Assembly: GCA_034521955.1 (NCBI GenBank)
Contig: JAXHLT010000003.1
Span: 76,990 to 140,989, forward strand
DNA from: Halanaerobiales bacterium
Lineage (GTDB): Bacteria > Bacillota > Halanaerobiia > Halanaerobiales > M55B127
Reading direction: 5' to 3'
DNA length: 64,000 nucleotides
Shown here: one piece after another, positions 41,075 through 49,872 of the stretch
Layout: every line of letters begins with the position of its first letter
Position numbering within the stretch: the stretch's first letter is position 1
Translations under genes and position numbers: made by a program
The notes under the pieces: model-generated
Database searches by the model: none
Told to the model about the DNA's origin: nothing
The model's input: only the letters and a program-made list of their open reading frames with translations

Positions 41075-41899
41075 TTGAATAATAAAGGAAAACTAGTATT
41101 AATAGCGGTTATCTTAATTTTAGTTATTACAGTGGCTTCTCTTTATTTTTTCAATATTAACATTTCATATTTTCAATATATAGAAAAAGGTATATATAAT
41201 TTATTAAGTCCTGTAATTAACTACTTTACTTATATTTATGATAGTACAGTGTCTTATTGGGTGGGCGTATTGAATGTGGATGAAGTGATGGAAAGAAACA
41301 AGAAATTAGAAAAAGAAGTTTCCTACCTAAAAATTGAAAATATGATTTTAAAAAGTTATCAAAGGGAAAATGAGAGATTAAGAGAGTTGTTATCTTTTAA
41401 AGAACATGTACCTTTTGATACTTTGGGAGCTTCGGTAATTGGATTTAGTCCTTCATTATGGGAAAATAAAATAATAATTAATAGAGGTTCAAATGATGGA
41501 ATTAGAAAAAAGATGCCTGTAATTAGTTATAATGGATCCTTAGTTGGAAGAGTTGATTATGTCGGTTCAAGTACGTCACAAGTATCATTAATATATGATC
41601 CAGAATTTACTGTTGGGGGAATAGTTCAAAGAAATGATTCAAGGACAATCGGTATTGTTAAGGGTCAACTAAATAATGATAAAATAAATATTATGGATAA
41701 AATATCCTGGGACTCAAATATAAAAGAAGATGATATTGTTATAACATCTGGATTTTCCAATAACTATCCCAAAGGTTTACCTATTGGAAAAGTGGTTAGT
41801 GTAAGTCCAGATAATTATGGTTTGTCACAGAAAGCAGAATTAGAATTGTTTAGTTCTATTAAGACTATAGAAGAAATTTTAATAATTACAAACTTTTAG
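41075..41899 (+). CDS. mreC: Rod shape-determining protein MreC
   Basis: It has an N-terminal TM segment, a coiled coil (LEKEVSYLKIEN) and C-terminal beta domains, and lies between mreB and mreD. Confidence 0.88.
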   Translation: MNNKGKLVLIAVILILVITVASLYFFNINISYFQYIEKGIYNLLSPVINYFTYIYDSTVSYWVGVLNVDEVMERNKKLEKEVSYLKIENMILKSYQRENERLRELLSFKEHVPFDTLGASVIGFSPSLWENKIIINRGSNDGIRKKMPVISYNGSLVGRVDYVGSSTSQVSLIYDPEFTVGGIVQRNDSRTIGIVKGQLNNDKINIMDKISWDSNIKEDDIVITSGFSNNYPKGLPIGKVVSVSPDNYGLSQKAELELFSSIKTIEEILIITNF

Positions 41900-41909
41900 G
41901 AGGATTTTT

Positions 41910-42410
41910 TTGAACCGTAATGTAATATTTTTATTAATTTTAATAATAGGATTGATCCTGCAGGTTACATTATTTTCCTTTTATACTCCATGGGGAATTA
42001 AACCTGACTTGATATTGGTTCTTATTATAGTTATTGCTATTTTGGAAGGACCAAAAACAGGTTTAATGTTCGGAGTTATAGGGGGATTACTGCAGGATGT
42101 TTTTCTAGGAGATTTTATTTCTGTAAATACTATCATAAAAGCACCATTTGCTTATATTACTGGATACTTAGAAGGACATTTTTATAAAGGTAATTTTTTA
42201 TTAGCTCCTTTTATTACATTTGTTGCTTCAAATATATATTATTTATTAACTATAATATTATCTGAAGAATTAATATTTAATGTCAATTATTGGCAGACTT
42301 TTAAGAATATAATGTTTCCAAGTTCAGTTTATAATTCAATATTAGCTTTAATTATTTATATTGTTTTCTATCGATTATTTAACTATGGTGAGGATTATTA
42401 TGGAAGATAG
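41910..42410 (+). CDS. mreD: Rod shape-determining protein MreD
   Basis: This 166-aa polytopic protein lies downstream of mreC. Confidence 0.8.
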   Translation: MNRNVIFLLILIIGLILQVTLFSFYTPWGIKPDLILVLIIVIAILEGPKTGLMFGVIGGLLQDVFLGDFISVNTIIKAPFAYITGYLEGHFYKGNFLLAPFITFVASNIYYLLTIILSEELIFNVNYWQTFKNIMFPSSVYNSILALIIYIVFYRLFNYGEDYYGR

Positions 42411-44337
42411 ATTAAAAATTTTAAAAATAATAATTGTTATTATTTGCGTATTCTTAATTGGCAGAGCTTTTCAACTACAAATAATTGATGGTGAATATTA
42501 TTATGATTTATCTGAAGGTAATCGTACATCATTTAGACCAATAACTGCTCCTAGAGGTAAAATCATTGATAATGAAGGTAATATCTTAGTAAGCAATAAA
42601 CTATCCCATAATTTATACTTACTACCAAATGAGTTACATCCAGATATTGAAATAGATAACCTGATTAAAGAGGTTGCTAATTTAACTTCTTTAGAATATG
42701 AAACATTATTAGAAAACTATAATTTTAGTAAAGAAAACTTAAATAATCAAAATTCTCTTATTTTAAAAAGAAATATAAATAAAGAAGACATGGTTATTTT
42801 ATTAGAAAATGAAAAAGAATTACCTGGAATACTTGTAAAGGAATCTTCAGTTAGAGACTATGTTTATGATGATATAGCAGCTCATTTAATTGGTTATATA
42901 GGAGAAATTAGCAAAGAAGAATTAAGAAGTTATTCTACTCAAGGAATAAATTCTTATCATGTACAGGATATGATAGGAAAATCAGGTTTAGAAAAAGAAT
43001 ATGAAGCTTATTTAAAAGGTATTGATGGAGTACGTCAAATAGAAGTGAATAATTTAGGTGAAATGGTAAAAGAACTTGGTACAAAACCACCTGTTTCGGG
43101 AAATAATATATTTTTGAATATTAACTTATCTTTTCAAAGAAAGGTAGAAGAAATTCTTGAAGTACACATTAAAAGATTAATGCAGGAAGCTGAGAACGAT
43201 CCTGAAAGGTATAAACCAACAGGTGGATCTGCAGTTGTAATTAACCCTAATAACGGTAAAGTAATAGCAATGGCAAGTTTTCCAGACTTTGATCTTAATA
43301 AATTCTCACAGGGTATAAGTGCTAAAGAATATCAAATTTTATCTAATGATCCTATGAATCCCATGTTAAATCGAAATATAATGGTGTCTGTTCCACCAGG
43401 ATCTTTGTTTAAATTAATAACAGGTGCAGCAGCTATTAGAAATTTGGATATTAATGCTGATACAGAGTTTGTAGATGAAAATGGACTATTCTATATACCA
43501 GGTTGGTCAAGACCTTTTAGAAACTGGCATCCCGGCGGAGAAGGAAGACTTGATTTCACAAAAGCCATTGCAAGGTCTAATAATATAGTATTTTATCAGT
43601 TGGGTTATGATTTATATAAAAACTTTGGAGGAAAGAAATTAATTTCTACAGCAAGAGCATTTGGTTTAGGAGAAAAAACCCAAATTGATTTACCTGAAGA
43701 AAAAAGTGGTGCTTTACCTTTTGAAGTTGATGATGAAATAGAGGGTAATTGGTATCCAGGAGATTCAGTTAATTTATCAATTGGTCAGGGAGGACTTTTA
43801 ACAACACCAATTCAATTAGTTAATTATATATCAGCAGTTGCGAATAAAGGAACTCTTTATCAGCCATATATAGTTGATATGATAATGAATCCTGAAGGGG
43901 ATATAGTTTATGATCAAAAACCAAAAATTTTAAAGGAATTAGATTATGAAAAAAGAGTTTTTGATATTCTCCAACAAGGTATGAAAGAAGTAACTATGAG
44001 TTCATATGGTACTGCTAGAAGTACATTTTTAGACTTTCCTGTAGAAGTAGCAGGTAAAACAGGTACTGCTCAGACAAGTAGAGAAAATATAAGTCATGGA
44101 TGGTTTGGTGGATATGCACCAGTAGAAGATCCTGAAATTGCTGTATTAGTATTTTTAGAAAATGGTAGTTCAAGTAGTTATACCTTACCAATTGCTGGAG
44201 ATATAATAAAAGAATATTTTGGTTATGGAACTAACGATAATAATGAATTAGAAGATAATGAAGAAACTGTAAAAAATATAATTGAAGATAAAAACAGTCT
44301 TTTAGATTATATTAGTGGAGTGTTTTCTTCTGAATAG
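42400..44337 (+). CDS. mrdA: Penicillin-binding protein 2 (elongasome transpeptidase)
   Basis: ATG at 42400 overlaps the mreD end. It has a TM anchor, a PBP dimerisation domain, and the motifs SLFK (SxxK), SNN and KTGTAQ. Confidence 0.9.
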   Translation: MEDRLKILKIIIVIICVFLIGRAFQLQIIDGEYYYDLSEGNRTSFRPITAPRGKIIDNEGNILVSNKLSHNLYLLPNELHPDIEIDNLIKEVANLTSLEYETLLENYNFSKENLNNQNSLILKRNINKEDMVILLENEKELPGILVKESSVRDYVYDDIAAHLIGYIGEISKEELRSYSTQGINSYHVQDMIGKSGLEKEYEAYLKGIDGVRQIEVNNLGEMVKELGTKPPVSGNNIFLNINLSFQRKVEEILEVHIKRLMQEAENDPERYKPTGGSAVVINPNNGKVIAMASFPDFDLNKFSQGISAKEYQILSNDPMNPMLNRNIMVSVPPGSLFKLITGAAAIRNLDINADTEFVDENGLFYIPGWSRPFRNWHPGGEGRLDFTKAIARSNNIVFYQLGYDLYKNFGGKKLISTARAFGLGEKTQIDLPEEKSGALPFEVDDEIEGNWYPGDSVNLSIGQGGLLTTPIQLVNYISAVANKGTLYQPYIVDMIMNPEGDIVYDQKPKILKELDYEKRVFDILQQGMKEVTMSSYGTARSTFLDFPVEVAGKTGTAQTSRENISHGWFGGYAPVEDPEIAVLVFLENGSSSSYTLPIAGDIIKEYFGYGTNDNNELEDNEETVKNIIEDKNSLLDYISGVFSSE

Positions 44338-44396
44338 AAAGGAATTCATTAATTATTAGTTAATTTATAATAATAAGAAAGGATAGGTTTTTTATA

Positions 44397-45011
44397 ATGA
44401 GATCACCTATATCATTTAAAGTTGCAAAAGATGGGATTGTACTAACATTAAATCCTGAATCTAAATTTAGAGATATACTTAACGCATTAAAAGATCATGT
44501 ACAGACAGCAACTAATTTTTATGCTGGAGCAGATTTATTCATTAATATATCAGAAAATAGTTTTAAAATAGATCAATTAAATGAAATTGTTAATGTAGCA
44601 AGGGGTTACAAAGATGTAAAAAATGTAATCTTCACATCGGATATGATTAAAAAGGAAACTATCGAAGTGGCTGATGATGGAGATACTGCTTTAATAAATA
44701 GAACTTTAAGATCAGGTCAAAAAGTAAAAAGATCTGGCAATGTTGTTATTATAGGCGATATTAATCCTGGTGCTGAAGTCATAGCTGGTGGTAACATTAT
44801 TGTATTTGGTAAAATAAGAGGAGTTGTTCATGCAGGGATGAAGGGATCTAATGATGCTTCTGTAATAGCACTTAGATTAGAGCCTACTCAGTTAAGAATA
44901 TCTAAAAAGATTGCAAGACCTCCTGAAGGTGCTGCTAAAAGTAATGAAATAAAACCGGAAAGAGCATTTATTCAGGATGGACAAATTATGGTAGAAAAAT
45001 TTGAAATATAA
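44397..45011 (+). CDS. minC: Septum site-determining protein MinC
   Basis: The C-terminal beta-helix reads RSGQKV...VIIGDINPGAEVIAGGNIIVFG and it lies upstream of minD. Confidence 0.88.
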   Translation: MRSPISFKVAKDGIVLTLNPESKFRDILNALKDHVQTATNFYAGADLFINISENSFKIDQLNEIVNVARGYKDVKNVIFTSDMIKKETIEVADDGDTALINRTLRSGQKVKRSGNVVIIGDINPGAEVIAGGNIIVFGKIRGVVHAGMKGSNDASVIALRLEPTQLRISKKIARPPEGAAKSNEIKPERAFIQDGQIMVEKFEI

Positions 45012-45037
45012 ATTTACATAAAAATGGAGGGAATAAA

Positions 45038-45832
45038 TTGGCAGGAAAATCATTAGTAATTACTTCGGGAAAAGGTGGAGTTGGCAAAACAACTACAGTT
45101 GCAAATATAGGTACTGCATTAGCTATGATGGATTATAAAGTCTGTCTTATTGATGCAGATATCGGTTTAAGAAATTTGGATGTAGTTATGGGTTTAGAAA
45201 ATAGAATTGTATATGACATAGTTGATGTGGTTGAAGACAATTGTAGATTAGAACAGGCATTAATTAGAGATAAAAGACATAAAAACTTATTTTTATTACC
45301 AGCAGCTCAAACTAGAGATAAAACAGCTGTACAACCTGCAGAAATGAAAATTCTAGTTGATGACTTAAAAAAGGAAATGGATTTTATAATAATTGATTCA
45401 CCTGCAGGTATAGAACAAGGTTTTAAAAACGCTATAGCTGGTGCAGACGCTGCTTTAATAGTAACTACTCCGGAAGTATCTGCAGTTAGAGATGCTGACC
45501 GTATTATTGGTTTATTAGAGGCTGAAGGATTAAAAAATCCTGAGGTTATAATTAACAGGATAAATCCTGAAATGGTTAATAGAGGAGACATGATGAGTAT
45601 TGAAGATATTATTGAAATACTTGCTGTTAAATTAAAGGGGATTGTACCTGAAGATAATATAATTATAGTTTCTTCTAACAAAGGTGAACCAGTTGTATTA
45701 AAAGAAAACCCAAAAGCTGGTTTGGCATTTAGAAATATTGCAAAAAGAATTACTGGTGAAGATGTTAATTTCATTGATATAAAAGAAGACACATTTTTTA
45801 CAAAAGTAAAAAAAATATTTAACTTTTCTTAA
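45038..45832 (+). CDS. minD: Septum site-determining ATPase MinD
   Basis: It has the deviant Walker A GKGGVGKTT and a C-terminal amphipathic helix. TTG start. Confidence 0.93.
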   Translation: MAGKSLVITSGKGGVGKTTTVANIGTALAMMDYKVCLIDADIGLRNLDVVMGLENRIVYDIVDVVEDNCRLEQALIRDKRHKNLFLLPAAQTRDKTAVQPAEMKILVDDLKKEMDFIIIDSPAGIEQGFKNAIAGADAALIVTTPEVSAVRDADRIIGLLEAEGLKNPEVIINRINPEMVNRGDMMSIEDIIEILAVKLKGIVPEDNIIIVSSNKGEPVVLKENPKAGLAFRNIAKRITGEDVNFIDIKEDTFFTKVKKIFNFS

Positions 45833-45850
45833 TATAAGGGGGTAATTACA

Positions 45851-46121
45851 ATCGGATTATTAGAATTTTTAGGATTCAAAAAGAAAAAGAAAAAAAAGGA
45901 AGCAAGTAAAAATGTTGCAAAAGAAAGATTACAGTTTATTCTTAGTACAGGACAGAATAAAGTTATCACCATCAGAAATGGAATCTTTGAAAAAGGATTT
46001 ATTGAAAGTAATGAAAAAATATGTTGATGTTGATGATAGAGAAATTGAAATGGAAATTAACCGTGAAGACCAGATGATGGCTATGGTTGCTAATTTCCCA
46101 CTCACGAGGAAAAAGCAATAA
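45851..46121 (+). pseudogene. minE: Cell division topological specificity factor MinE; apparent ATC start and a +1 frameshift near 45938-45944
   Basis: Frame A (45851 onward) encodes I-GLLEFLGFKKKKKKKEASKNVAKERLQFIL. Frame B (track ORF 45912..46121) continues VQDRIKLSPSEMESLKKDLLKVMKKYVDVDD.... Together they give a full-length MinE (AKERLQ.IL..DR consensus). Confidence 0.85.
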
Positions 46122-46133
46122 AGGAAGTATGAT

Positions 46134-47270
46134 ATGTATCTAAATAAAAAACTTTTTAGAAATTTAAATCTTTATATCCCTATAACAATTTTATTATTGA
46201 TTGTGATAGGTTTATTTGCTATTAGTAGTGCTGTTGAAATCAATAGGGTTGATTCGATGGGTTCTACATATTTAAAAACACAAATCATTGCTGCAATTTT
46301 GGGTATTATGATAGCTTTATTCATCCAGTTTTTTGATTATCGAATATTTAAAGAGTACTATCAACTGATATTTGGTTCAACAGTTATAATTCTTATAATG
46401 ACACATATGTTTGGAACGAATGTAAGTGGTGGGAGAAGATGGATAGATTTGGGCTTTATTAATTTTCAACCATCTGAGGTAACTAAAATTGTTTTAATAT
46501 TAGTGTTAGCTACAATATTAGATCAAAATAAAGAATTTGATAATTTAAAAGATTTAATCATACCATTTATATATTTTCTTATTCCATTTACACTAATTAT
46601 TTTAGAAAATGATTTGGGAACGGCATTAGTGCTTTTGGTTATCTTTATTATCATGTTATTTGTAGCTGGTGCAAACAGAAAGTTTTTATATGTTTTTTTT
46701 GGTGGTGGATTTTTATTTGTAATTTCAGTTATATTTTCACATTTAATTTTTAGCACACCTTTACCTTTTTTGAAAGAATATCAACTTAACAGACTAATTG
46801 CGTTTATTAATCCTAATATTGATCCACAAGGTATTGGATATAACATTATCCAATCAAAAATAGCATTAGGTTCTGGACAATTAATGGGGAAAGGTTTATT
46901 TGGTGGGACCCAAAATCAACTTAACTTCTTACCTGCAAAGCATACAGACTTTATTTTTTCAGTAATTGGTGAAGAATTTGGCTTTATTGGTGTAATTGTT
47001 GTAATTGCATTGTTTACATTATTAATTTGGCAGTTATTTAATATTGCAATTCAGGCTAAAGATAATTATGGTAGATTAGTTGTTAGTGGAATAATAGCAA
47101 TGTTTTTCTTTCATATTGTTGAAAATATCGGTATGACAATGGGTGTAATGCCTATTACTGGGATACCTCTTCCATTTATTAGTTATGGAGGTACTTTTAT
47201 GGTTACATCTATAATTGCAATAGGGATAGCATTAAATATAAATATTAGAAAAAAGAAATTACATTTTTAA
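46134..47270 (+). CDS. rodA: SEDS-family peptidoglycan glycosyltransferase RodA
   Basis: It belongs to the FtsW/RodA/SpoVE family (LPAKHTDFIFSVIGEEFG, PITGIPLPFISYGG) and sits in the mre/min cluster. Confidence 0.88.
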   Translation: MYLNKKLFRNLNLYIPITILLLIVIGLFAISSAVEINRVDSMGSTYLKTQIIAAILGIMIALFIQFFDYRIFKEYYQLIFGSTVIILIMTHMFGTNVSGGRRWIDLGFINFQPSEVTKIVLILVLATILDQNKEFDNLKDLIIPFIYFLIPFTLIILENDLGTALVLLVIFIIMLFVAGANRKFLYVFFGGGFLFVISVIFSHLIFSTPLPFLKEYQLNRLIAFINPNIDPQGIGYNIIQSKIALGSGQLMGKGLFGGTQNQLNFLPAKHTDFIFSVIGEEFGFIGVIVVIALFTLLIWQLFNIAIQAKDNYGRLVVSGIIAMFFFHIVENIGMTMGVMPITGIPLPFISYGGTFMVTSIIAIGIALNINIRKKKLHF

Positions 47271-47297
47271 TAAATACTGTTTTTTGAGGTGTAGTAT

Positions 47298-49175
47298 ATG
47301 AATGTTAGAGATAAAATTTATGATAAACTAATAGAGGTATCTAATCCTGAAAGATATATTGGAAATGAATATAATATTATTAAAAAAAAATGGGAAGACA
47401 ATAAAATAAAAGTTTTAACTGCTTTTCCAGATGTGTATGAAATTGGAATGTCACACCTAGGTTTAAAAATAATCTATCATCTATTAAATAAAGAAGATAA
47501 TATAATATGTGAAAGAACTTATTCGCCCTGGCCTGATTTAGAAAAATTACTTAGAAATGAGAAACTTCCTATTTTTTCTTTAGAATCAGGAAAAAGTGTT
47601 GATGAGTTTGATATTTTAGCATTTACTCTTCAGTATGAAATGAGTTATACAAATATCTTAACAATTATGGACTTAGCTAATATATCCTTTTATAGCAAAG
47701 ATCGAAAAGAAGATGATCCTTTAGTAATTGGAGGAGGTTCAATAGTAAGTAATATTGAGCCTGTAGCATTATTTTTTGATCTTATATTTATTGGTGAAGC
47801 AGAAAATCATATTGTTGATATAATAAATAAATATGATGAGTACAAAAAAGAGGGACTATCCAAAACAGAAATTTTATTAAAATTATCTAAAATACCAGGT
47901 GTATATGTACCTTCTTTATATGATGTTGAATATACAGATGAAGGTACTATAAAAAGTATCAATTCTAATAAAAATGTTAAGTCTAAGGTGCAAAGACAGC
48001 TTGTTTCTAATTTGGATGAAGCCTTTTATCCAGAAGACTTTCTTGTTCCATATATTGATATAGTGCATGATAGAGCAACTATTGAAGTTTCTAGAGGATG
48101 TACAAAAGGTTGTAGGTTTTGTTCAGCAGGTATAACTTATCGTCCGGTTCGTGAAAGAAAAAAAGAAACTCTTTTAAAACAAATAGATAATATTTTAGAA
48201 AGTACAGGCTATGATGAAATATCACTTACTTCTTTAAGTACAGTGGATCATACTGAAATAAAAGATTTAGTTCAAGAACTAACTGCAAAATATGAAAAAG
48301 ACAATGTAAGTGTTTCATTATCTTCTTTAAGGATTGATAAGTTTTCTGTAGAACTGGCTAAAGAAGTACAGAAGGTTAGAAAAACAGGTTTAACATTTGC
48401 TCCTGAAGCTGGTACTGAAAGATTAAGAAGGGTAATCAACAAGGGAGTTTCTGAAGAAAATCTATATGAAGCTTGTAAAGCTGCATTTAACGAAGGTTGG
48501 TCAACAGTTAAATTATATTTCATGATTGGTTTACCCACTGAAACAAAAGAAGATTTAAAAGGTATTGTTGATATGGTAAACAATGTATTAGAAATAGGTA
48601 AAGATATTCGAAAAGATAATAAAAATTCTATGAGACCTATTAGAATAAATGTAAGTATTTCTACCTTTATTCCTAAGGCATCAACTCCTTTTCAATGGGA
48701 ACCAATGGTAGATAAAGTTGATTTAAAAAACAAAATTAATTTTCTAAGAAGTAAATTAAATAAAAAGGGTATAAACTTTAGCTGGAATGATGAAAACTTA
48801 TCTTTACTTGAAAGTGTTTTTTCAAGAGGAGATAGGAGATTATCGGATGTTTTAATTACTGCCTGGGAAAAAGGAGCAAGGTTTGATGGTTGGGGAGACT
48901 TTTTTGATATAAATATTTGGTTAGAAGCTTTTAAAGAAAACAAGATAGATCCAGATTTTTATTTAAGAAGAAGAGATAAAGATGAGATATTACCTTGGGA
49001 TCATATTGATTTAGGTTTAAACCCAAAATTTTTACAAAATGAATATGAAAAAGCTTTAAAAGATGAGAACACTTCTGACTGTAGATTTGCTAGTTGTAAA
49101 GGTTGTAATATTTGTATAAATTTAGATGTGGATTTAGATATCATAGGGAATGATTATAATGTTTATAAGAGCTGA
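47298..49175 (+). CDS. B12-binding-domain radical SAM protein (TIGR03960-like), function unknown
   Basis: The CxxxCxxC motif appears as SRGCTKGCRFCSAG. It is 625 aa and shows conserved synteny with the next gene and RNase G. Confidence 0.8.
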   Translation: MNVRDKIYDKLIEVSNPERYIGNEYNIIKKKWEDNKIKVLTAFPDVYEIGMSHLGLKIIYHLLNKEDNIICERTYSPWPDLEKLLRNEKLPIFSLESGKSVDEFDILAFTLQYEMSYTNILTIMDLANISFYSKDRKEDDPLVIGGGSIVSNIEPVALFFDLIFIGEAENHIVDIINKYDEYKKEGLSKTEILLKLSKIPGVYVPSLYDVEYTDEGTIKSINSNKNVKSKVQRQLVSNLDEAFYPEDFLVPYIDIVHDRATIEVSRGCTKGCRFCSAGITYRPVRERKKETLLKQIDNILESTGYDEISLTSLSTVDHTEIKDLVQELTAKYEKDNVSVSLSSLRIDKFSVELAKEVQKVRKTGLTFAPEAGTERLRRVINKGVSEENLYEACKAAFNEGWSTVKLYFMIGLPTETKEDLKGIVDMVNNVLEIGKDIRKDNKNSMRPIRINVSISTFIPKASTPFQWEPMVDKVDLKNKINFLRSKLNKKGINFSWNDENLSLLESVFSRGDRRLSDVLITAWEKGARFDGWGDFFDINIWLEAFKENKIDPDFYLRRRDKDEILPWDHIDLGLNPKFLQNEYEKALKDENTSDCRFASCKGCNICINLDVDLDIIGNDYNVYKS

Positions 49176-49872
49176 ATATGAAAAAAAGGATGAGCTTAAG
49201 TATATATCGCATTTGGAGCTTATGAATACATTTAGAAGAACTTTTAGGCGAGCAAAGTTACCAGTGAAGTATTCACAGGGATATAATCCACATATAATAT
49301 TTTCTATGTCTCAACCTCTGCCAGTTGGAATGGTTGGTTTCCAGGAGTATTTTGACTTAGAATTAAATGAAAAGTTATCATTAGATTTAATAAAAAAAGT
49401 TGTAAATGAAAAACTTCCAATAGGATTAAAAATAAAAGAAATTGTTGAGATAAATGATAAAGAAAAATCACTTCAAGCAATTGTTAATACAGCTATTTAT
49501 CAATATGAAATGGAATTTAAAAATAATAATTCAGATAAAAATAAGATATTAAACAATTTTCTTGATAATAAAAAAATTGAAATTACTCGTTTTAGAAGAA
49601 ATAAAGATGATAGAAAAATAGATTTAGCTCCTATGATTTATGAGGGAAAGATTATTGATAAAGGTATTTGGCAGTTTACGATAAGCACAGGTAGCAGTGG
49701 TAATGTTAGACCACAAGAAGTGCTTAGAGCATTAAATATTGAAACAGAGGGCTTGATAAAAAAAATACCTTTGGTTAAAATTAAAAGGAAAGGTCTTTTT
49801 GTTAGGAAAAATAAAAAGCTTTACAAACCTATTAACTCGGAAGTGTTAAAAAAAGAGGTGAGTGAGAATTGA
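49159..49872 (+). CDS. Radical SAM-associated protein (TIGR03936 / DUF2344-like)
   Basis: It has the N-terminal KYISHLELMNTFRRTFRRAKLP motif and overlaps the radical SAM gene end. An alternative start exists at 49150. Confidence 0.75.
   Translation: MFIRAEYEKKDELKYISHLELMNTFRRTFRRAKLPVKYSQGYNPHIIFSMSQPLPVGMVGFQEYFDLELNEKLSLDLIKKVVNEKLPIGLKIKEIVEINDKEKSLQAIVNTAIYQYEMEFKNNNSDKNKILNNFLDNKKIEITRFRRNKDDRKIDLAPMIYEGKIIDKGIWQFTISTGSSGNVRPQEVLRALNIETEGLIKKIPLVKIKRKGLFVRKNKKLYKPINSEVLKKEVSEN

Noticed and set aside
45307-45792. A 161-aa ORF antisense to minD.
   Set aside because: It is a shadow ORF opposite a highly conserved CDS with no independent signals. The same reasoning applies to 40624..41028 (mreB), 33947..34333 (rnfD), 22312..22656 (PiT) and the other short minus-strand track ORFs inside + strand genes.
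45872-45900. An A-rich tract, AAAAAGAAAAAGAAAAAAAAGG, considered as the slippage or phase-variation site in minE.
   Set aside because: The conserved MinE frame (AKERLQFIL) continues correctly for ~40 nt past this tract, so the frame change is downstream at about 45941-45944. The tract simply encodes the Lys run.
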